Source: an uncultured Gammaproteobacteria bacterium
GTDB lineage: Bacteria; Pseudomonadota; Gammaproteobacteria; Ga0077554; Ga007554
Assembly (NCBI GenBank): GCA_947085925.1
Contig: CAMTYI010000004.1
Coordinates: 2,891 to 66,890 of the forward strand
Reading direction: 5' to 3'
Length of the DNA: 64,000 bases
The notes beneath the pieces were generated by a model, which saw nothing but the letters and a program-made list of their open reading frames with translations, did not search any database and was not told the origin of the DNA. The translations under genes were made by a program, and so were the position numbers. Positions 41,922 through 53,843 of the stretch are shown in pieces (positions within the stretch are counted from its first letter, which is position 1; each line of letters begins with the position of its first letter).

Positions 41922-43283
41922 GTGGAGCTTTCTTTGTGGCAACGATGTCTTGAGCGGCTGGAAGGCCAGCTCACGCCACAACAGTTCAATACCTGGATTC
42001 GACCCCTGCATGCCGTTGAGGATACGGCCTCGCTACGCCTTCTTGCCCCCAATCAGTTCGTCCTGGATTGGGTTAATGAACGCTTCTCCAGCCAGATCAA
42101 CGATATCCTTACAAAATCAGGTGATGGTGAGTCTCCCAAGCTGATTCTGGAAATCGGCAGTTCAAAGGCGACGAACGCACCTTCTGCGACTACCGCCAAG
42201 CCCTTTTTAATCAAAAGACGGTTTCATCCCAGTGCAAAAGAAGATACGTCTGAGATGGACCATGTCAGCAATCTGAAACCGGAGTTCACCTTCGATACCT
42301 TTGTGAGCGGAAAATCCAACCAGTTGGCGCATGCCGCCTCCCTACAGGTAGGGGAAAACGCCGGCGGAGCCTACAACCCCTTATTCATCTACGGGGGCGT
42401 TGGTCTGGGTAAAACGCACTTGATGCACGCCGTCGGCAACATGATGGTAAAGACCAAGCCCGATGCGAAGGTCATCTACCTGCACTCGGAACAATTCGTT
42501 GTCGACATGGTAAAAGCCTTACAACACAACACCATCGACGACTTCAAACGCTATTATCGCTCGGTGGACGGCTTGCTTATCGACGATATTCAATTCTTTG
42601 CCGGAAAGGAACGTTCACAAGAAGAGTTTTTTCATACATTCAATTACTTGATGGAAGGGCAAAAGCAGATCATCATGACCTGCGACCGTTATCCGAAAGA
42701 GGTCGATGGTCTGGAAGAACGTCTCAAATCACGCTTTGGATGGGGTTTGACGGTACATATCGAGCCACCTGAACTGGAAACGCGTGTCGCCATCCTGATG
42801 AACAAGGCCGAACAAACCCAGTGTGATTTACCCAGCGAGGTTGCCTTCTTCATCGCAAAGCGCATTCGTTCCAATGTGCGCGAACTGGAAGGCGCGCTAC
42901 GCCGCGTTATTGCCAATGCGCGCTTCACGGGTAAGCCTATTACCGTTGAGTTCACCAAGGAGGCCCTGCGCGACCTGCTGGCCGTTCAGGACCGCCTGGT
43001 GACGATTGAAAATATCCAGAAGACCGTGGCCGATTACTACAAGATCCGTGTGGCTGATCTTGTTTCCCAGCGGCGCACACGCTCGGTCGCACGCCCTCGC
43101 CAGCTTGCCATGGCGCTTGCCAAAGAGTTGACCAAGCACAGCTTGCCTGAAATAGGGAAATCCTTTGGTGGCCGCGATCACACTACGGTGTTACATGCCT
43201 GCAGAAAAATAGTAGAGTTGAAAGAAAGCGATAACCACATTAATCAGGATTATTCCAATCTGTTAAGAACTCTGACTAATTGA
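41922..43283 (+). CDS. dnaA: chromosomal replication initiator DnaA
   Basis: GTG start ([13 protein letters not shown], matching the MSLSLWQQCLARL N-terminus), AAA+ Walker [11 protein letters not shown], and C-terminal DnaA-box binding HTH. Confidence 0.95.
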   Translation: MELSLWQRCLERLEGQLTPQQFNTWIRPLHAVEDTASLRLLAPNQFVLDWVNERFSSQINDILTKSGDGESPKLILEIGSSKATNAPSATTAKPFLIKRRFHPSAKEDTSEMDHVSNLKPEFTFDTFVSGKSNQLAHAASLQVGENAGGAYNPLFIYGGVGLGKTHLMHAVGNMMVKTKPDAKVIYLHSEQFVVDMVKALQHNTIDDFKRYYRSVDGLLIDDIQFFAGKERSQEEFFHTFNYLMEGQKQIIMTCDRYPKEVDGLEERLKSRFGWGLTVHIEPPELETRVAILMNKAEQTQCDLPSEVAFFIAKRIRSNVRELEGALRRVIANARFTGKPITVEFTKEALRDLLAVQDRLVTIENIQKTVADYYKIRVADLVSQRRTRSVARPRQLAMALAKELTKHSLPEIGKSFGGRDHTTVLHACRKIVELKESDNHINQDYSNLLRTLTN

Positions 43284-43284
43284 T

Positions 43285-43337
43285 GTGGATAGTCTGTGGA
43301 TAAGTTTTTTATTTATTAAAAAATAAGGTTATCCACA
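43285..43337. promoter_or_regulatory. second DnaA-box cluster (3 boxes in 53 bp) between dnaA and dnaN
   Basis: TGTGGATAG (43285-43293), TGTGGATAA (43296-43304), TTATCCACA (43329-43337), followed by an AT-rich tract up to the dnaN start. Confidence 0.6.
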
Positions 43338-43490
43338 AAACATCAACAGGATCAGGCCGTTTTTAAGATGTGGTTTTGAGCATCGTTGTGATTATCGTAA
43401 CATGATGTTTTTGAAAGTTTTTGTAAATATATACAAAGAGTTACAGGGCATAATAACTATAATAATAATTTTAAATATTCAGGTAATTTT

Positions 43491-44591
43491 ATGAAACTCA
43501 CGATACAGCGCGAAAACTTGTTGAAACCGCTTCAATTGGTCTGTGGTGTTGTGGAGCGCAAGCAGACTTTGCCTATTCTATCCAACGTTCTGCTCAAGGC
43601 CGGAAGGGAGGGGCTGTCTCTCACGGCGACAGACCTGGAAATCGAGATGATGGCGCATACCCAATTCGATGGTTCCGAGGCTGGCGAAACTACCTTGCCT
43701 GCGCGTAAGTTTCTGGATATCTGCCGTGCCTTGCCAGATCAGGCCCAAGTGGAGCTGACGGTAGAAGGTGAACGTACCGTAATCCGTTCCGGCAAGAGCC
43801 GCTTTACCCTGTCTGCACTGCCTGCCGCTGAATTTCCGAATATCGGTTCGTTCAATGAAGTGATCAGCTTTTCCGTTGCACAGAATATCCTGAAAAATCT
43901 CATTGATCGGACAGGCTTTGCGATGGCGCAACAGGATATTCGCTACTATCTGAATGGGTTGCTACTGGAGATTGCCGATAGCAGGCTGCGCACGGTTGCT
44001 ACCGATGGACATCGGCTCGCGCTGTGTGATGCCGAAGTTGATATTAGAGTACCTGAAATCCAACAAATCATTATCCCCCGCAAAGGGATACAAGAGCTGT
44101 CACGGTTGCTTGAGGATTCCGACCGGATGGTTCAGGTTCAACTTGGCGCAAACCATATCCAGCTTTCAACACCTGAAATAAGTTTTACCTCCAAGCTGAT
44201 CGATGGACGCTTTCCTGACTATCAGCGTGTTGTGCCGCAAGGTGGCGACAAACTTGTTATCAGTGACAAGGAAACACTCAAACAGGCGCTGGTACGCGCT
44301 TCGATTCTTTCCAATGAGAAACACCGTAGCGTGCGCTTCCAGTTGGCGAAAGATAGTCTACGCATCTTTGCTCACAACCCGGAGCAGGAGGAAGCGGAGG
44401 AAGAAGTCACTGTCGACTATCAGGGTGATACCCTGGAAATAGGCTTTAACGTAGGCTATGTGATAGATGCGCTTTCTGCTGTTACTGGAACGCAGGTGCA
44501 ACTGGTGCTTTCAGATGCCAATAGCTGTTGTTTGATACAGGGCGTCGGCATGGAGCATTGCAAGTATGTTGTGATGCCGATGCGGCTTTAA
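43491..44591 (+). CDS. dnaN: DNA polymerase III beta sliding clamp
   Basis: Full-length DnaN pattern (MKLTIQRENLLKPLQLV...). Confidence 0.95.
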   Translation: MKLTIQRENLLKPLQLVCGVVERKQTLPILSNVLLKAGREGLSLTATDLEIEMMAHTQFDGSEAGETTLPARKFLDICRALPDQAQVELTVEGERTVIRSGKSRFTLSALPAAEFPNIGSFNEVISFSVAQNILKNLIDRTGFAMAQQDIRYYLNGLLLEIADSRLRTVATDGHRLALCDAEVDIRVPEIQQIIIPRKGIQELSRLLEDSDRMVQVQLGANHIQLSTPEISFTSKLIDGRFPDYQRVVPQGGDKLVISDKETLKQALVRASILSNEKHRSVRFQLAKDSLRIFAHNPEQEEAEEEVTVDYQGDTLEIGFNVGYVIDALSAVTGTQVQLVLSDANSCCLIQGVGMEHCKYVVMPMRL

Positions 44592-44649
44592 TGCCGGGAG
44601 AATGGTTGTTTGCAGCTTAGAGCATTCAGGCTAAATTACCCTTAAATCT

Positions 44650-44800
44650 AAAAACTCAGTTATCCACGAAATTCACGAAAAAACACGAAAATATTCAGGT
44701 ATATACCCTATTTTATTTACCACATCGCCATCCGGTGAATTGCTGAAGCGGCCTATGTTTTTGCTTTATTTCGTGAGTTTCGTGTTTTTCGTGGATAAAA
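44650..44800. repeat. palindromic CACGAAA-heptad element, copy B (between dnaN and recF)
   Basis: Left arm TTATCCACGAAATTCACGAAAAAACACGAAAAT and right arm ATTTCGTGAGTTTCGTGTTTTTCGTGGATAA. Arms match copy A (14711-14831) in inverted orientation. The termini resemble DnaA boxes (TTATCCACG). Confidence 0.6.
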
Positions 44801-44817
44801 AGAGGTTTCAAGGTTAA

Positions 44818-45900
44818 ATGAGCCTGGCCTCCCTTTATGTCAAGAATGTCCGGAATCTTGCCGAGACCCATATCGAACCTGCGCCGTGCCTGAATATTTT
44901 TCACGGCGCGAATGCCAGCGGCAAAACAAGTCTTCTGGAGGCGGTTTACCTGCTGGGACGGGCACGCTCTTTTCGTTCCTCTTATATCCAGAATGTGATC
45001 AGCAAGGGCACGGACAGTTTTACTGTGGTTGGTCAGGTCAACGTTGGTGCTGATCAGCGTATCCCATTGGGTATTGAATATGCGGCGGAAAAGATGCGTA
45101 TGCGTGCGGCGGGGCAAACGCTGGAGCGCACCTCTGATCTCGTCACTCATCTGCCACTTCTTTTAATCAATCCTGATAGCCACAAAATATTAACCCTGGG
45201 TCCCCGGCAGCGTCGCCGCTTTATGGATTGGGGTGTGTTCCACGTGGAACATACCTTTATGCCCATCTGGACACGCTATTGTCGCGCTATTAAACAAAGG
45301 AATGCGGCGCTGCGCTGTTCTGGCCGCTCTATGCCGGAAGATGTGTGGAGCCTCGAATTACAGGAAAGCGCAGGCCGAATAGATTTGCTCAGACGTGAAT
45401 ACCTGCGGGATTATCTGCCGTTGTTTGTTGGGTTTGTCGAAAAGCTGCTGCCTCTTGAGGGCGTGTCATTGCGTTATTTGCGTGGTTGGGCGCAGGATAC
45501 CGAATATCGTGAGGTTCTGGCACGCTCGCTGGAAAAAGATCGTTCGCTAGGCCATACCAGCAGGGGGCCACACCGCGCTGATGTCATGATAGAGGTTGCG
45601 GGCAAACCTGCGCAGGAATACACATCAGGGGGGCAGCAAAAATTACTGATATGCGCAATGTATCTGGCACAGGCCGCGCTTCTAAAAGCCCGCGCACAAC
45701 GCCAGTGCATTATTTTGGTCGATGACCTGCCCGCTGAGCTTGATACGCAACACCGTAGAAAATTAATAGATCTGCTCTGCGGACTTGATGCACAGATAAT
45801 GGTAACGACCACGGATAGAGGATTGATCCATGTGCCGGAAATGGTTGAGCGGAAGATGTTCCACGTGGAACACGGGGTGGTAACGGAGCAGGCTTTTTGA
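44818..45900 (+). CDS. recF: DNA replication and repair protein RecF
   Basis: Walker A GANASGKTS and the SMC-like signature. Confidence 0.95.
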   Translation: MSLASLYVKNVRNLAETHIEPAPCLNIFHGANASGKTSLLEAVYLLGRARSFRSSYIQNVISKGTDSFTVVGQVNVGADQRIPLGIEYAAEKMRMRAAGQTLERTSDLVTHLPLLLINPDSHKILTLGPRQRRRFMDWGVFHVEHTFMPIWTRYCRAIKQRNAALRCSGRSMPEDVWSLELQESAGRIDLLRREYLRDYLPLFVGFVEKLLPLEGVSLRYLRGWAQDTEYREVLARSLEKDRSLGHTSRGPHRADVMIEVAGKPAQEYTSGGQQKLLICAMYLAQAALLKARAQRQCIILVDDLPAELDTQHRRKLIDLLCGLDAQIMVTTTDRGLIHVPEMVERKMFHVEHGVVTEQAF

Positions 45901-45918
45901 CAGGATTCCGCACGGTAA

Positions 45919-48393
<2,475 letters not shown>

Positions 48394-48409
48394 TCCTGAT
48401 TTTTTGATT

Positions 48410-48438
48410 ATCTACAGAGGATTGCATCCTCTGTAGAT
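48410..48438. terminator. perfect 12-bp stem hairpin between convergent gyrB and rubredoxin reductase genes
   Basis: ATCTACAGAGGA-TTGCA-TCCTCTGTAGAT. The U-tract sits 5' of the hairpin on the plus strand and A-rich sequence sits 3', so it is not a canonical intrinsic terminator in either direction. Confidence 0.3.
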
Positions 48439-48455
48439 AAATTACCGCTTTTAGT

Positions 48456-49598
48456 TTAAAGCAGTGCTGGCAATTCCTTGACCAGCGCATTTTTTTCACT
48501 CACCGCTACACCCGTCAGGGCAAAGCCGCGCAGCTTGTTTTCAGCATCAAAAAATAGCGCGCGCACGCCGGCTTCCAATACCTCCACCTTCCATTCGCCC
48601 ATAACACCTGGCGGCGGCGGGCAAACGACCACGGGATGTGCTGGTGTTTTCACAACCACTGGCATGGGTGGATAGCTGACCGGGGTAGGCTCACCCGCCA
48701 GGGTTTTCGCCAAAGCGCGCGCGGCGTTCATCAGCGGCATGACGTAGAACAGCACCAAGCCTTCTACCTCGGCGCAATCACCCATGGCATAAACATCGGG
48801 CGCGCGGGTGGCAAGGAAGCGGTCCACCGCAATACCCTGTACGGTGTGTATGCCCGCAGCATTGGCCAGTGTGGTACGCGGACGCAGGCCCACGCAGGAC
48901 AACACCACATCTGCCTCGATGCCTGAGCCATCAGAGAGTGTAAGGCGGTAGCCTTGGGCGGCACGGTCTACCGCCGTAACGGCCTTGTCGATGTGCCAGT
49001 GAACCCCGATATTTGTCAGACCTTCCTGCAATGCGTGCCCAGCCGCTTCGGGTAGCAAGCGATTGAGTGGTGCGTTGCCAGTGCTGATGACATCCACAGC
49101 GATACCGGCGCTGCGCAGGTCGTTGGCGAACTCACAGCCGATCAACCCGGCACCGATGATGGCGACGCGTTTGGCATCGGTAATAACCGCACGAAAACGC
49201 GAGTAATCGCCCAGGTCATTCACCGAGATCACAGCATCAGCGGCATCGCCCTTTAATGGGGGCTTGATCACATCGGCACCCAGCGCAAGCACGAGCTTGG
49301 CATATTCCAGTTCCTGACCATCCACGGAAATAGTATGACGTGCTGTGTCGATAGCGGTTACCCGGCTATGTGTCTGGATCACCGCGTTCAATTGGGTTGC
49401 CATTTGTGTGGCGTCAGCCGTGGCTAACTGATCCGGCGTCCGGCCGCTGCTCAAGGCATTGGAAAGCATAGGCTTGGAATAAAACCGTCCGTCATCCGCC
49501 GTGATGATCCGCAATGGCGTGTCTTTGTCGAGTTTGCGGAACTCGCGGGCCAGGGTGTAACCCGAAAGACCGCTGCCGACGATGATGATGGGGTTCAT
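48456..49598 (-). CDS. rubredoxin-NAD(+) reductase (FAD-dependent pyridine nucleotide-disulfide oxidoreductase)
   Basis: N-terminal FAD fold IIIVGSGLSGYTLAREFRKLD..PLRIITADDGRFYSKPMLS resembles the Pseudomonas rubredoxin reductase N-terminus. Confidence 0.8.
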   Translation of the reverse strand: MNPIIIVGSGLSGYTLAREFRKLDKDTPLRIITADDGRFYSKPMLSNALSSGRTPDQLATADATQMATQLNAVIQTHSRVTAIDTARHTISVDGQELEYAKLVLALGADVIKPPLKGDAADAVISVNDLGDYSRFRAVITDAKRVAIIGAGLIGCEFANDLRSAGIAVDVISTGNAPLNRLLPEAAGHALQEGLTNIGVHWHIDKAVTAVDRAAQGYRLTLSDGSGIEADVVLSCVGLRPRTTLANAAGIHTVQGIAVDRFLATRAPDVYAMGDCAEVEGLVLFYVMPLMNAARALAKTLAGEPTPVSYPPMPVVVKTPAHPVVVCPPPPGVMGEWKVEVLEAGVRALFFDAENKLRGFALTGVAVSEKNALVKELPALL

Positions 49599-49675
49599 GG
49601 GATCTCCAGGGGTGATTGTCGTAGATAAAAACAGGGGTGGTTCTCAAACCATCCCCTGCCGATCAGGTTTGGGCA

Positions 49676-49849
49676 TTATGCCGTGATTTCGACCATCTCG
49701 AAATCGCTTTTTGCTACCCCGCAGTCCGGGCAGGCCCAGTTGTCGGGGATGTCCGCCCAGCGCGTACCCGGGGCGATGCCTTCCGTAGGCATTCCGGCGC
49801 CTTCGTCATAGATAAGGCCGCATACTACACATTGCCATTTTTTCATCAT
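49676..49849 (-). CDS. rubredoxin (57 aa; missing from the ORF track because it is under 60 aa)
   Basis: Reverse-strand translation [57 protein letters not shown] with two CxxCG motifs. Confidence 0.85.
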   Translation of the reverse strand: MMKKWQCVVCGLIYDEGAGMPTEGIAPGTRWADIPDNWACPDCGVAKSDFEMVEITA

Positions 49850-49883
49850 CTTTTTCCTCTTGAATCAGTATTAAATGAGCAAC

Positions 49884-50357
49884 TTAACTGCGCACCTTGG
49901 CGAGTGTTGCGCGATAGTGGTTGGCGTGGCGCTCTTCAACCTTGGTCAGGGCGGCAAACCGTTTGGCGGCTTTTTCCAGGGTTGTCTGAAAGCGTTGTGC
50001 ATGTTCAACGGACTCGGCGATTTGTTCGTCAAATTCGCGCACCGCTGCCTCGTTTTGCTCCTGCATTGCCAGGTGCCTGAACTTGGGGTACATCTCGGTG
50101 TACTCGTAGGTTTCTCCGGCAATCGCCATATCCAGGCAGCGCGCGGCATCCATCCGGTCCTTGGGGTAAAGCAAATCAAGGTGGCCGAAGGCATGTTGTA
50201 CCTCCTGCGCCGCCGTATCTTCAAAGACCTTGGCAGTTTCTTCGTCCCCCTGCGCACGGCAGATTTTGGCGAAGTACATGTATTTGATGTATGCCATCGA
50301 CTCGCCGGCGAAAGCTGCTTCAAGATTCTGGATGGTTACCGAACCGTCGTGTTTCAT
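49884..50357 (-). CDS. rubrerythrin-like diiron (ferritin-like) protein without rubredoxin domain
   Basis: EAAFAGESMAYIKYMYFA and E..H diiron ligand pattern. ATG at 50357 has an ACAGGAG SD. The track start at 50378 is a TTG. Confidence 0.75.
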   Translation of the reverse strand: MKHDGSVTIQNLEAAFAGESMAYIKYMYFAKICRAQGDEETAKVFEDTAAQEVQHAFGHLDLLYPKDRMDAARCLDMAIAGETYEYTEMYPKFRHLAMQEQNEAAVREFDEQIAESVEHAQRFQTTLEKAAKRFAALTKVEERHANHYRATLAKVRS

Positions 50358-50476
50358 GATTTTCTCCTGTGTATCCAAGGGTGTGACATCTCATTTTTGA
50401 TCGTGGTCGTAACCACGTGAGATGCATGTTAGATGCACAAGAGAGATTAATCTAATTGATCGTTATTATTAAATTG

Positions 50477-50491
50477 ATAGTTTATAGCTAT
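50477..50491. promoter_or_regulatory. OxyR-type half-site pair ATAG-N7-CTAT upstream of rubrerythrin gene
   Basis: ATAGtttatagCTAT lies about 120 bp upstream of the rubrerythrin start, next to the oxyR stop, in an AT-rich promoter-like region. Confidence 0.3.
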
Positions 50492-51411
50492 AACTTGACA
50501 GGGTGTATGCCAGGCACATCCGAGGAAAGAATAGCCTGCCGGATGGCTTGTATCGCTTCGGGCCGGGTGAAGCTCTTGCGCCAGGCCAGCGCTACCCTGC
50601 GGGTGGGGACGGGTTTGACAAAGGGGCGTACGGCAAGCAGCTTGTCATGCCGGGTGCTTACCGAAGTGCCCGGCAACACTGTGATCCCCGCGCCGGAGGC
50701 CACCATCAGACGGATAGTCTCCAGTGAGCTGCCCTCCAGAGTTTTTTGCAGGCTGCCGGGCATGGCGCTGCCACGATGGCAGGCTGGACAAGCGCTCAGC
50801 ACCTGGTCACGGAAGCAGTGCCCCGCCCCCAGCAGTAATACCGTCTCATCGGCGATGTCCGCCGGTTTGAGGGCGGTTTTTTTCGCCAGCGGGTGCCCGG
50901 CGGGCAACACCACCACAAAATCTTCGTCGTACAGCGGCTGGGTGACAATGCCGGGCGCCTCAAAGGGCAGCGAGAGTATGATCACATCCAGTTCGCCCTG
51001 CTGCAGGCGCCCAGCCAGTGCGCCGGTGTAATTTTCCTCGATCAGCAGCGGCATGTGTGGCGCGCGCTTATGCAACACCGGAATCAAGTGGGGCAACAAG
51101 TAAGGCGCAATGGTGTAGATCGCACCCAGGCGAATTGGGACGGAGAGCGGATCTTCCCCCTGTTTGGCAAGCTCTTTGAGCGTGCGCGCCTCGTCCAGCA
51201 CGCGTATCGCCTGCGCGATGATCCGCTCTCCTGTCGGCGTCACCGTTATTTCATTCGGGCCGCGCTCGAACAGCACCACACCCAACTCATCCTCCAGCTT
51301 GCGCACCGCCACGCTTAATGTAGGCTGGCTGACAAAGCACGCCTCCGCCGCGCGCCCAAAATGGCGCTCACGGGCAACGGCAACGATGTAGCGGAGTTCG
51401 GTGAGGGTCAT
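50488..51411 (-). CDS. oxyR: LysR-family regulator, OxyR-like
   Basis: N-terminal HTH MTLTELRYIVAVARERHFGRAAEACFVSQPTLSVAVRKLEDELGV is close to the OxyR consensus. Two Cys are present in the effector domain. Confidence 0.75.
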   Translation of the reverse strand: MTLTELRYIVAVARERHFGRAAEACFVSQPTLSVAVRKLEDELGVVLFERGPNEITVTPTGERIIAQAIRVLDEARTLKELAKQGEDPLSVPIRLGAIYTIAPYLLPHLIPVLHKRAPHMPLLIEENYTGALAGRLQQGELDVIILSLPFEAPGIVTQPLYDEDFVVVLPAGHPLAKKTALKPADIADETVLLLGAGHCFRDQVLSACPACHRGSAMPGSLQKTLEGSSLETIRLMVASGAGITVLPGTSVSTRHDKLLAVRPFVKPVPTRRVALAWRKSFTRPEAIQAIRQAILSSDVPGIHPVKL

Positions 51412-51619
51412 GATTGATAAAGTTTAGTGTCGCCTCGAAGTGGAGAGGTTTTTTGCATCGAAAACGGTTCAGATCCGATGGCCGCTGACCGATAAATGTC
51501 CACACAGCAGTATTTTTTTACATGATCCGGTGTGCTGGAGACGGTAGTATCATGATCGATTATATTGTTGAGGTAGCCGCCGCCTCGTTCGCCTTTTTAT
51601 CTTATCATGCACTTTTAAT

Positions 51620-52141
51620 TTGGGGGGATCGATGTCCGGTGTGAATCCTTATCAAGCGCCTCAGGCCAGGGTAGACGACGTTGCGGAACAGGGGCAGGAC
51701 TTTGTGTTGGCTGAGCGATCAACGCGTTTGGGAGCGACCCTTCTGGATGTCGCCATGTTGATGGTGCCTGGCATAGCTGCCGCAGTGTCGCTGCCGTCGC
51801 TCATGGCTGGGCAGGGGGTATCTGCCAGCCAGTCGATGAGCTGGGTGATGGTCGCTGGGGGGATAGTAATGCTTGGTTTATTCATCACGAACTTGATATT
51901 CTGGCATCGCTACGGACAAACCATTGGCAAGCGCATACTCAAGATAAAAATTGTCCGCTCGGATGGAAGCCGCGCGGGACTGCGGCGCATCTTTTTTATG
52001 CGCTACATGGTGCCTGGGTTGGTAGGCAACATACCTGTTGCTGGTGTGGTGTTTAGTTTGGTGAATGTCTTGATGATCTTCCGTGAATCACGCAAATGCC
52101 TGCACGATAATATCGCCGATACCCTCGTTATAAAAGCCTGA
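51620..52141 (+). CDS. RDD-family membrane protein
   Basis: NPYQAP N-terminal motif and an RDD-like TM core. Stop overlaps the next start (TGATG). Confidence 0.7.
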   Translation: MGGSMSGVNPYQAPQARVDDVAEQGQDFVLAERSTRLGATLLDVAMLMVPGIAAAVSLPSLMAGQGVSASQSMSWVMVAGGIVMLGLFITNLIFWHRYGQTIGKRILKIKIVRSDGSRAGLRRIFFMRYMVPGLVGNIPVAGVVFSLVNVLMIFRESRKCLHDNIADTLVIKA

Positions 52142-52824
52142 TGCTCGATACCCGCCGCGCTATCGAGACACCGGAAGGCGTTACCCTGGACTTGCGTGTT
52201 GCCGGTCCGGTGGTGCGCTTTTTCGCGTGGAGTATTGATTTTCTGATTCGCGGTGTTGTGTATATTATTCTGTCGATGACCCTGGTCAATATGATGGGGC
52301 GCTTTGGTCAGGGTATCTTCCTGGTTGCCGTTTTTATGCTCGAATGGTTTTACCCAGTCCTGTTTGAAGTGTTCAGCAGAGGTGCGACGCCGGGCAAGCG
52401 TGTGATGGGCATTACCGTCCTGCAAGACAATGGTGTGCCGGTGGGTTGGTCGGCCTCCGTCACGCGCAATTTGCTGCGTTTTGCCGACTTCCTGCCTGTG
52501 TTGTACGGATTTGGTGTGGCCTCCATGCTCATTAGCCGTGACTTCAAGCGCTTGGGTGATCTGGCAGCCGGCACCATCGTGGTGTATCGCCCCCTTCCCG
52601 ATAAAATCGGTGAGCTACCCTCTGAGTTGCCCGTACCCCCGCGTTATCCCCTGTCGCTGGATCAGCAGCGTGCCGTCATCGCGTTTGCCGAGCGGGCGAC
52701 CACCCTAACGCCAGAGCGCGCGAGGGAGCTGGCCAATATTGTTTCGAGCCTGACGCGTGCCACTGAAGATAGGGGGGTGAAGAGGCTATTTGCTATGGCG
52801 AATTGGCTGGTGGGCAGGCGATGA
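52141..52824 (+). CDS. RDD-family membrane protein (second copy)
   Basis: RDD-type motif pattern (RFFAWSIDFLI...GATPGKRVMGI...DLAAGTIVV). Confidence 0.7.
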   Translation: MLDTRRAIETPEGVTLDLRVAGPVVRFFAWSIDFLIRGVVYIILSMTLVNMMGRFGQGIFLVAVFMLEWFYPVLFEVFSRGATPGKRVMGITVLQDNGVPVGWSASVTRNLLRFADFLPVLYGFGVASMLISRDFKRLGDLAAGTIVVYRPLPDKIGELPSELPVPPRYPLSLDQQRAVIAFAERATTLTPERARELANIVSSLTRATEDRGVKRLFAMANWLVGRR

Positions 52825-53843
52825 GTCCGCAGGAGTTTGTCGCGCGCCATGAGCCACAATGGGTACGCCTGGAGCAGTTGCTGAACCGTTTGACAAAGGC
52901 GCCGCGCAACAAAGCCCAAGGTGATAATGCACAGCCCTCCATTTATTCCACCGGTGAAAATAGTTCACCTCACGCTGCGGAACTTCCCGAATTATATCGT
53001 CAGGCGTGTCACCATCTTGCGTTGGCGCGCGACCGTCACTATCCCACCGTGGTGGTTGAACGGCTGAATCAACTGGTGCTAAATGGGCATCAGGTGTTTT
53101 ATAGCGCACGTGGTGGATTGTGGACGGACATTGTACGTTTTGCCGCAGCCGATTTTCCTGCCTTGATACGCCAGCATGCCAGACTTTTCTGGCTGGCCGC
53201 GCTGCTTTTTTATTTGCCCTTGCTGGTGATGGGCGTGGCAGTCTATTTCGCGCCTGAAATGGCCTATACGCTGATCAGCCCCACGGATGCCACAGCCATG
53301 GAGGCGATGTATCGTCCCACGGCTGAGCACATTGGCAGGCCGCGAGACTCAGGCGGTGACTTTCTCATGTTCGGTCACTATATCCGCAATAACATTGGCA
53401 TTGGTTTTCAAACCTTTGCCAGTGGCATTGTGTTTGGTCTGGGCAGTTTGTTTTACCTCCTCTTCAATGGATTGTATATAGGAACAGTAGCCGGGCATCT
53501 TACCCACGTTGGCTATACCGGCACTTTTTATCCCTTTGTGGTAGGACACGGCGCCTTTGAGCTTAATGCCATCGTGCTAAGTGGCATGGCAGGGCTAAAG
53601 CTGGGTCTGGCATTGCTTGCCCCTGGGCAGATGACGCGTAAGCAGGCGCTCTTGGCAGCGGCCAGGATCAGCGTGCGCATTATTTATGGCGTTGTTGCCA
53701 TGCTGCTTATTGCTGCATTTCTCGAAGCATTCTGGTCATCAAGTGCGATAATTCCCAGCCAGGTAAAATATATTGTCGGGGGTGTTTTCTGGGCGTTGGT
53801 AATTTTTTACTTTGTAGTGATGGGAAGACGGCGTGCAAATTAA
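52803..53843 (+). CDS. stage II sporulation protein M-like (DUF95) integral membrane protein
   Basis: Six-TM core with the NNIGIGFQTFASGIVFGLGSLFYLLFNGLYIG pattern typical of DUF95. Overlaps the upstream gene by 22 nt. Confidence 0.6.
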   Translation: MAGGQAMSPQEFVARHEPQWVRLEQLLNRLTKAPRNKAQGDNAQPSIYSTGENSSPHAAELPELYRQACHHLALARDRHYPTVVVERLNQLVLNGHQVFYSARGGLWTDIVRFAAADFPALIRQHARLFWLAALLFYLPLLVMGVAVYFAPEMAYTLISPTDATAMEAMYRPTAEHIGRPRDSGGDFLMFGHYIRNNIGIGFQTFASGIVFGLGSLFYLLFNGLYIGTVAGHLTHVGYTGTFYPFVVGHGAFELNAIVLSGMAGLKLGLALLAPGQMTRKQALLAAARISVRIIYGVVAMLLIAAFLEAFWSSSAIIPSQVKYIVGGVFWALVIFYFVVMGRRRAN

